Positions 46,897-56,300 of a stretch of DNA of 64,000 nt are shown here, one piece after another. The translations under genes and the position numbers were made by a program. This DNA comes from Phallusia mammillata (taxonomy: Eukaryota). Position 1 is the first letter of the stretch; each line of letters opens with the position of its first letter. A model generated the notes under the pieces. The model had not been told where the DNA came from. It made no database searches and worked only from the letters and a program-made list of their open reading frames with translations. The DNA lies in assembly GCA_965637545.1 (NCBI GenBank), contig OZ281499.1, forward strand, positions 8,928,001 through 8,992,000, written 5' to 3'.

Positions 46897-49800
46897 ATGA
46901 GCGAAACAAGTTCGATCAAGGCGGATGAATTGTGGGAAGGAGACATCGAAAATCTAAAACGCATTAAATCTAATCCTGAGGAAAAAAAGTATGAAATAAT
47001 TGTGACAAAATAGTTTACTACAGTTTTACTTTCATCGATATGAGGTTATTGAGGTTATTTATTTTCTTTAGAAAAGAAATAAGGAAGATTTGGAAGAACT
47101 TGATCCTTATCTGCATCGCATTTGTGGGAAACTTTACTGCTTTTAACGGGGCATCCGCTCTTCAATCCAGTCTTAACTCTGATGAAGGACTTGGAACAGC
47201 TTCGCTATCTGTTATATACGGGACGCTCATCATTTCGGCATTGTTCCTTCCCACTTACGGTAAAAATTTATCTCATTATATAAATGGTTTCCACCTTTTT
47301 TTTTCTGTGGCTCATGTTATTCAAATCGGTAAATGCATAAAACATTTGAAACCACTTATTTAACACAAAATTAAAATTTAGTGTAACATCACAAATCAGT
47401 ACATCTTCAAAGCTCTGTGGCTTCTCCAACATGGTTTTGTGGCTTATTGCAGGGTTATGGGCCCCTGTTTGGGAACCAGTCCTTTATGCTTTGTACAACC
47501 AGTTTTCACCTCTTTTAAAAGTACCAAGCATTATTTTATCTTTAAAATATACATGCATTTTAACCGAAAAAAGGCCTTATACCTTATGTGAGTTGAGTAA
47601 CTTTTATTGCAAGTCCTGCCCAACACTAAGTTGTGTACAATTTACTGTTTTGTTGACATCGAAGGTTCGTTGGCAGCAGAAAGTCCCACAATGAACAAAG
47701 ATTTTTTTTATTTGTCCAATTAACATTGTGCTCGTAAACCTCTAATGTAGTAATCTTTATGTGGAAAACGTTTATATGGCGGATGTTCTCACAAAACTAA
47801 CTTTACAGCCTTGTGACCATAAAGACGAAGTTTCGGGTCAATGACGCTTTGCAAAAAAATTTATAGCTTAACTGCCTGACGGTTATTGGTTTCCGCTCTT
47901 TTACACCAAAATAAACCATTTAAGGGAACAATCGGCAAACAAATCGTTGCGCTAAACGATTAAAGAAATATCTGGAAGGCTTCATGAATATTCCATGGTG
48001 CTTTTTCCACCATTGCTTACAAATGAGTTTTAAAAATTTAATCAGCGACATTTTTCAGTGATCAACTTTCTCGGCTGCAAATGGACGATCGTTGTAGCGA
48101 TTTGCGGTTACGTCACATATCCACTCGCTAACTTCTACCCACATTGGGGAACTCTTATGCCAAGCTCCATATTTGTTGGTCTCTCTGCTGCGCCCTTGTG
48201 GTCGGCCAAGTGTGCCTACCTTACAACAAATGCTAAAAGGTTTGACACATTTATAGCTATAATTCCAAAGAAACTGATACTGGCAAATTCTAATGCTGTA
48301 ACGCAATTTTCCTAACGTTTTTTCCACATCTCATACCAAACACAAGTTTAAACCTTATGGTGCTGCTTTTTTCTAGAAACGGAAGATACTTTAATAACGA
48401 AATACCTTTGCGTTTCAATAAAGAAATGCTAAACTTTCCAAATTTGTATACGGTCTAAATTTTAACATAAAAGATTGAACACAAAGGTATTTAGTGATAT
48501 CATTATTTCTGAGACTAAACCTAAACATCTCCAAGTCTCAGAACGTTGGAATTTGATCTAGTTCAGATCAGCAATGGAACCAAATGTTTTTTGTAAAACA
48601 TGCAGGTACGCCATTTTAACACATGACAAAAAAGATGGAGAGGAAAGCGACATAAGTTTAACCAAACTTGTGGATGCAATAGTAAACAGGTTCTTCGGAA
48701 TTTTTTTCCTATTCTTTCAGTCGACGCAAATCATTGGAAATCTCATTTCATCTTTTGTTCTGTCGGCTGATGTCATCAATGATCTTGGTTAGTTTAACTT
48801 GCGCTTCTTTAAACAATAAATAAACCTAAATATTGCTTCATGATACAGAATTCCCTACATGCTTCAACGAAACCTATATTGAAGAAAATTGTGGTAAAAA
48901 TGACTGCCAGGGTGACTTAAACGCAGCTAGAATCCAGTATAACAGCAGTGAGTGTCCCGTGAGCGACCTCAATAGCTCCGGTCCGTCGGACGACACAATC
49001 TACATACTAATGGGAATATACACTGCTATTGGTTTGAGCGGTGCACTTCTCATGGCCCTTGCAGTCGACAACATCAAAATAAGGTATTTTGTTTTGGTCA
49101 ATATAAAAGCAAGCAAAAAAAGACATGTGTTTATTTTGATTTGCAGAGAAAAAGAAACTCGTGGGCTGTTTGCTTTGCTATTCGCAACAATAGAACATAT
49201 GAAGGACAAGCGACAACTGCTGCTAATTCCTATCACAATGTACAGTGGCTTTGAGCAAGCTTTTCTAACTGGAGACTACACCAGGGTAATGCGTATGCTT
49301 ATTGTATGTCTTAACTCAACCCATTTACTTTGGATGAAAATCAATTGACAGCGCCCTACTCTCTTTAAAATAATGTTCTTAAAAGTCAAAAACAGAGGCA
49401 TTTGCTGTAACCATTTCCTGTTTTTTAGTCGTTTATTACTTGCCCAATCGGAGTGAACTGGGTTGGATTTGTGTTGATTTGCTACGGTGGCTGTGATGCG
49501 ATTTTTTCTTTGCTGTGCGGTGGGGCTGAGAAGTATGTTGGAAGGTGGCCACTTTTTTCTGTAGCTGCTCTCATCAATCTTGGTCTCATCATTACGTTCC
49601 AAGTTAGTCAGTGTGTGTTTATCACCAAGCTTTACTATTTTTCGAAATGCTTATAGATTTGCAATTTGTTGTCATATCCGACCATTTTTAGGTGTGGTTG
49701 CCATATCCCAACGAGGTAGCTCTCTTTTTTGTCCTTCCTGCTCTCTGGGGGTTGGCAGATGCTGTATGGCAGACCCAGCTTAACGGTAAGTTATATTTGC

Positions 49801-50483
49801 ATGCACATGATCTTTACAACAATATAGTATTGGTCGATACTTTCAGTATGAATTCTAATAATCTAAGTAATTGACAGCTCTGTTATTCCGAGTTTTCCGA
49901 TTAGCATTATTACAAACCAGAGACAAAAAACACTTCCACATTTTCACAGTTGATTTTTTTGTTGCAGCGCTTTACGGAGTGCTTTTCGTAGGCAACCAAG
50001 AAGCAAGTTTTGCCAACTACCGGCTTTGGGAGTCAATTGGATTCGTGATTTCTTTTGGATATCAGAACTTTGTCTGTGTTTCAGACAAACTTTGGGTGAT
50101 ACTTTCTGTTCTTATCGTTGGCATGACACTCTACTATTATGTTGAGGTAGGATTTGTTCGTTAGGTTAGGAAGTGTTTCAACATTTGTAAATAGCTAACC
50201 GTAGATTGTAGCATCATATGAGCAATGAACATCGACCCATGGGCGGAAAATGTTGTTTGTAGTTTATGGGGTTGGTAACTAACAAAATCGGCATATAATT
50301 GACTTATGCGGTATTAACCTTTTGATCAAAATCTTACAGTTTCGAGAAAGAAAGAAACCCAATCAAACTGTGACATTTAATGATGAACATAAAAGCAAGA
50401 ATAACATGGCATTTAGGAAGACATCTGTAAGCACAATAAGCGCCAATGGGGTCGACAACGGTGGTTTTTCGACTGAGCTCTAG
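46897..50483 (+). CDS. UNC93A: UNC93A-like MFS membrane protein, copy 5 (complete)
   Basis: Exons 46897-46988, 47072-47259, 48059-48239, 48606-48787 (39 nt longer than in the other copies), 48849-49083, 49147-49285, 49429-49602, 49692-49785, 49968-50146, 50340-50483 (..GVDNGGFSTEL*). Confidence 0.93.
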
Positions 50484-50967
50484 AGGAAAAGAAGTTTGAT
50501 ATACCAACAAAGTTCCTGCATGCTTTTCGTCCCTTGTCATACGTTTCGTTATGATTTTATGCAAGGCCTGTGCCGATTTGAAATCTTACTTCTGTAAACA
50601 GTGCTTTGCAGCATCCCACTGTGTAAAAACTGATTCGTTATAATGTTGTAATTTGTCATTCCTTTTTTTAATTTTTCCAGAGCGACCTCATATGAATGCA
50701 TTTGATGCTTGGTATATATGTGCCTATTATAAATAAAAGCAGTGACAGGTTGGTTCATTAAGCTACGTTCATTAAGCTATCTTAGAGGTTTGAATGCAAA
50801 TTCCTGATGTTAAGATTAGAGTTGTAAGTCGCACGGGTTTTTGGGGTTTGGTCACATTTTCGTCCCGGTGACGTTCAACAAAATACATTGTGCCAATTGC
50901 CTCGATGCCACTCAGGTCCAATTCAATACAGGAAAAACCAGCCACTAAACATAGGATTGTGTGAGTT

Positions 50968-51062
50968 AAATAAGCCGCAGACAGTGCACACTGTTTCGAT
51001 CTAAAAGGTCCTATTAGTGCAGCTTGTGAAACAAACTATAGGCCGTATTAGCTGGTGTAGCA
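50968..51062 (-). ncRNA. HH-A hammerhead element, full span but core-mutated
   Basis: Minus strand GCTGCA-CTAATAG-GACC-TTTTA-GATC-GAAA-CAGTGTGCACTG-TC-TGCGGC. CTGATGA is changed to CTAATAG. Confidence 0.75.
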
Positions 51063-52035
51063 ATGGCTCTCCTGTTTGTTGGAAGTCACAGACTGAAAAC
51101 CCATGCCTCACCAACTCTGTTCCATAACTAGGCATAAACTACAGGCCAGCGTTTTCTGAATTTCGCAGTCTTAAAACACAAATTGAATTGTAATGGTATA
51201 ATGACGAGCTAGATAGATTTTCAGAACAAATAAAACAATTATAAGGTTCCAGAGTCGTAATGCACATCCATATCTCGCCAGCAAGCCTTAAAATATGAGA
51301 TGATACATGCACTCGTTAAGAATAGTCTTTTTCGAGCCAAACAAATACCTGTATAGGCACATTTTGAAACCCTCGATGACTTTCCATAGAGAGCCGCAGC
51401 CCAATTTAGAAATCTTCGTGACTGATGTAAGCCGCTATTAAAAATCAAAAATATTAGTTTTTCTAAATATGACAATATTGTTAAGTTCGTGTTGCTTGTT
51501 AATACAAACGTCAACATGCCACAACTGCAACAATTTACAAGTCTTAGTCATCTAGATTCTAGAATCTAGATGATGAAGAGTTACAAAACCTGATTCAATG
51601 ATGAAGGCTATTTTCAATCGCGAGGTTTCGCAGCTGTTTCTTGATTCTGTGTCTCTTATTTAAATGTTTTCAATTTTATCAATTATATGTTCAGGACAGA
51701 AATAAACACAATACAAGGCAACATATCGGGCAATTTAAGGCTGCTTGCAACGCAGACAAACTAAAGTAACGTTTGAAACAAAATATCCGGTAGACTCCGC
51801 CAAATAACTTTCATATCCTATGCAACCACGGACCCTTACAGCTCTGTCTATAAAGTAGCATAAATTTCGCGTTCAAAAACAAAAACTAAAATGGTATTAC
51901 TGTACTGAGTCAGTAAGCAAATGGAATGTAACCACAAATATTGCTTTTCAAAATTACAGGGGGATTTACACATATATTGCAGGCATACACATAGAGTAAA
52001 AAGAAACAGAATCTCTCTGCAAACCAAATAAAGCA

Positions 52036-52107
52036 CAGTACGCCAGGCCCATTGAAGGCGCTATACCGAATCAGCCGGTCACCAAGCACTCACCACCATA
52101 TGGCACT
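52036..52107. mobile_element. Fragment of the 21003-type TIR element
   Basis: CAGTACGCCAGGCCCATTGAAGGCG matches the 21003 TIR. TCACCAAGCACTCACCACCATATGGCA is the reverse complement of about 10005-10031. Confidence 0.6.
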
Positions 52108-53304
52108 AACGCAAACATATAAGATCACCAGGCAGGTTGTCCTTAAAGTAAACATAGAGATAGCCAGCTGGCCGAAATTCCTAACTTATCACCGACATCT
52201 TTCCTATATAAGCCACAATTTTTTCGGTAACTGTTCATTTTGTAGTAAACGGTTGGTCGAGCTAGGAGGTTAAAGTTAGAGCAAGGATGCCAGATCGTAC
52301 TATATTTAGACAACGTTTTAGTAAGTTGTATGCTGACCAACATAAGAACATATAGTAGTACACTTACCGAGATATCATAAACCAAACTGTTCAGTGCTGT
52401 ATAATATACACTGTATATGCTACTCGATGTTATTCGCATTTTATTTTGGGGATACTTAGTTTTTATAGCCTATTTCATATTCTCGAAACTGAATCGCGTT
52501 TATATCAAGCTAGCCAGTACAAGCAAATGCAAGTGACAGGTTAGTTTTCTAAAACTATTGTTTTTGGAAGAAGATATATTATGCGCACGCTAATGTATCA
52601 AATTACTTGATTAGACCAACAGTGGATGGCGCTCTTTGCTGCCGTCGGGGCAAGATTGTCCGTCAAAAAACTTGGTAGTCATATGACCCCCGGTCTCTAC
52701 ACACTAAACACTAGGCATCATAGATTTTGCATGGGGCATGAACATTTGATTAAAACAAAATATGTAGGGGGCTGCGTCAAGGTTTATGATTAGTTAGATC
52801 AGGATGATCAAAACCGCATGTAGCTTTTGTGCGGCCCGAGAACAGTATCTGCATATGAATCATCGAATCGATTGCAGTAAATAATACGCTAATCATCAAG
52901 TAGAAGGTCATTGTATATCTATTGTTAACCAACAAATTCTCTTTGTTGCGAACATCGGAACTTACAGGAGCTTTAAAACAGTTGTTACAGAGTGCTAGCA
53001 GATGTGCTTTGTGGTGATAATATTTAGGTCCTAATATCTTACATAAAGTCAACTAGAACAGAAAATTCAGTCATTGGATACAAAAGTATTTCTCCTGTGC
53101 GTTTCGCAAACCGTTAGTTAAACCCTAACGTGGCCTTCTATTTTTATAGTCTTGGACCACCATGAGTTAGCTTATATCAAAAACAGGTCCTAGCTGGTTG
53201 TTTCGAGATGGCCAAGATCCCACTAAACATCAACCCATACCCTTGATTTTTTTCTCTCTTATAGAGGTATATTGTTTTCTTTTAAATTTGTATGCAATAA
53301 TAAT

Positions 53305-56300
53305 ATGGAAGAAGGTAAAAGGAGCGATGTCAGCGAGGAATCGAAGTGGGATGGGGATATTGATGAGCTGACAAACATTAAGAATAATCCTATCAGAAAA
53401 AAGTAAGAGAATATTGCAAAAATAATGTGCAGACAATGCACATTTTTTCGACCTACAGGGTCTCAATAGTACAGATGGATGGTTACAAGAGGTAGGCCTA
53501 TCCTTGTCACCAGCTGCAATGATGAGTCCCTGTAGGCCAGGGGTGGGCAACCTTTGTCACTGTGAGGCCAAATACAATTGCTATGATTGGATCGCGGGCC
53601 GCACCTTTATATAACACAATGTGATCTTACTTCGTTGCATACCAAAAATGCCTTACTACAAGAAACATTCGCATTTGATTCTAACAGCACATTGTCAGGT
53701 CGCAGAAAAACAGCATCAGGCCCACTAATCTGCTCAAAAAATTTTAATAGTTGGACTTGTTTGCCAGTACATTTGAAATCCAAGTGTCTCTGCGGGCCGC
53801 ACAACTTTAATCAAAGGGCCGCATGCGGTCCACGGGCCGCAGGTTGCCCACCCCTGCTGTAGGCAGTGGTGGGATTCAAATTTTTGGTTAGCCGGTTTTT
53901 TCACAAAAGTCATATTTTTTAGCCGATTCTGTTACAAAAAGTCCATTGACAGTAACCAGTAATGCTCACCAGTTTCCTGATCTCATAAAGTTTCGTGAGA
54001 CGGTTCTATAGAACCGGTGCGAACCGGCTAAATCCCACCACTGCCATAGGTCGAAACAGTGTGCACTGTCTGCAGCTTATCTTTTTTTGGCTTGATGCTT
54101 TTTCATTGCAAATGTATATATTCGTTTTTACTGCGATTAGGTATAGTTTTGGTATGGCAAGTCTGTATCATTATGCGCAAACCACATGCTAATGTTTTAT
54201 AAAACGATTTTGCAAATATTGGCTAATAATTTTTTTGATTGTTCATGATTCAAATACAATTAATTATCCTGAAATCAATAAACAGATTCTTGTAATTCTT
54301 CTAAGTGAATAAAAGTTCTTCATATTATCTGAAATATGTGTACAGAACCGAGATTAGAAAGATCTGGAAGAACCTGATCCTCATCTGTATTTCATTTGTG
54401 GGAAACTTTACGGCTTTTAACGGTGCTTCCGCTCTTCAATCAAGCCTTAACTCAGAGGAAGGACTTGGAACAGCTTCGCTTGCGATCATTTACGCCTCAC
54501 TTATTATATCGGCGCTGTTCCTTCCCACTTATGGTAAGGCTTATCTCTGATTGAAGTAACATAGTGGTAAGATTATGTCGGTTCATGTAGATCTGGTTTT
54601 GGAAACGTAAAGACCTCCCCGAACCGGTTGTTTAGTCGTAGTATTTAGGCTTATAGGTCAGTTGGATCGGATTGAAAGCTGGGTAGCTAGGTCATGTACT
54701 TACAAACATGGTTGTACTCTTGAGATCGACTAAGGGCACTTGTTGTGAATATGTTTAACATTACATTACAGTAAAAACTTACTAAAAAAAGTGAAAAACA
54801 ACAAATGGAACTTTATTGCAGGAAAACACCCAAAAGTCACAATGGTATTTGATCTTTATTTGTACTGAAAACCTAGAGGCCGTTAAACTCCATATAATGT
54901 CAGTAACGTTCGGGTTTCTAAAGAACTTTGAAAGTGAATGTCCTCACAAACTTTTACCATCCTGTAGTCACAGTAACAGAGTTACGAGTCTGACAACGCT
55001 TTTGTGTTTGCGAACAAAATTGCAGTTTAACGATTTGATGATTGTTTGGTTCCGCTGTTTTACTCCAAAGGCAACAGATTAAATGCTGATAAAGTTTGTA
55101 AAAGAAAGTAAAACTATTTTAGTACTAGGACAAACAAATAATTCTGAAGAAATCGTAAACCTCTGTTAGTGTTTTGATATAACCATAGTTACTTAGCGGG
55201 TAAAAATTTACTGGCGTTTGGAATTCAAACACCTGTATCTGTTCTTTCGCAGTCATCAATTTTCTCGGCTGCAAATGGACGATCGTTGTAGCGATTTGCG
55301 GCTATGTCACTTATCCTCTGGCCAATTTTTACCCACACTGGGGAACTCTTATTCCAAGCTCCATATTTGTTGGACTCTCTGCTGCCCCCTTATGGTCAGC
55401 TAAATGCACTTACCTTACTACAAGTGCCAAAAGGTTTGTAAATAAAAGTAAGATTTATATGGAATATTATGTGTATTAGGTTCTGGTGAAGATACTAAAG
55501 TATAAACTCAAATAACAAAAGTTTGCTAAAATCCGAAAGATGACGTAAAGAACATAGTTATTTTAGTGTATGGAACTGAATTAGAGGTTAGTGAGTAAGT
55601 TTTTCAGTTAGTTTACTGTTATTTTTTTATAAAACCTCAGGCTATACCCCAACCCTAATGTCTCTCATTGTCAGCATTTTCACACATAATTTCGTCAACA
55701 TTTCAAAATTTCAATACGGATTCGAACCCAGTATGCTCCCAAAGAATCCCGATCACGGTTTTTAAGACTGTATATGGGTCAGGCGCGCTGGACCATTCGG
55801 CCAAGTTCCAACCCATTTTCAGCAATTTTTTTAGCTTAATTCTTAATGCTCTTTACGCCACCTATCGTTGTTTCACAAACTTTTGTGATTTGAGTTCTCA
55901 CCTTAGTACCTCAACCTTGAATTCTATACCGTAAATATATATGAGTTCAGATGTGTATGCCCAATCGCTAACCTTTGGTGCTAACTCATCTTATTCTGAT
56001 TTAGTTGTAAAGTATCGTTAAGATTTTCAATTATGTTGAAAATGCATTGAGGTCATGTTTCATTTAGGTACGCATTTTTAACGGATGAAAGTGTGGATGC
56101 CATGGTAAACAGGTTCTTTGGAATTTTCTTCCTATTCTTCCAGTCGACGCAGATCATTGGAAACCTCATTTCATCTTTCATACTTTCAGCTGACTCCACT
56201 AACAATCTCGGTTAGTTAAACTTGAGCTTCTTCAGGCAATAGAAAAACCTAGTTATTGCTTCATGATGTAGAATTCCCCACATGCTTCAACGAGACCTAC

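Larger units (their letters stand above)
53427..54081. ncRNA. Fold-back dimer of HH-A hammerhead elements (one per strand), right arm split by two MITEs
   Basis: Left arm (minus) CTGTA-CTATTGA-GACC-CTGTA-GGTC-GAAA-AAATGTGCATTG-TC-TGCAC. Centre palindrome TAGGCCTA (53493-53500). Right arm (plus) GCTGCA-ATGATGA-GTCC-CTGTAGG [MITEs] ATAGGTC-GAAA-CAGTGTGCACTG-TC-TGCAGC. Confidence 0.8.

Noticed and set aside
52143-52439. ORF with KTLSKYSTIWHP, reminiscent of the CR1/L2 LEY..xVWSP motif
   Set aside because: A single short motif in an otherwise unrecognisable frame.
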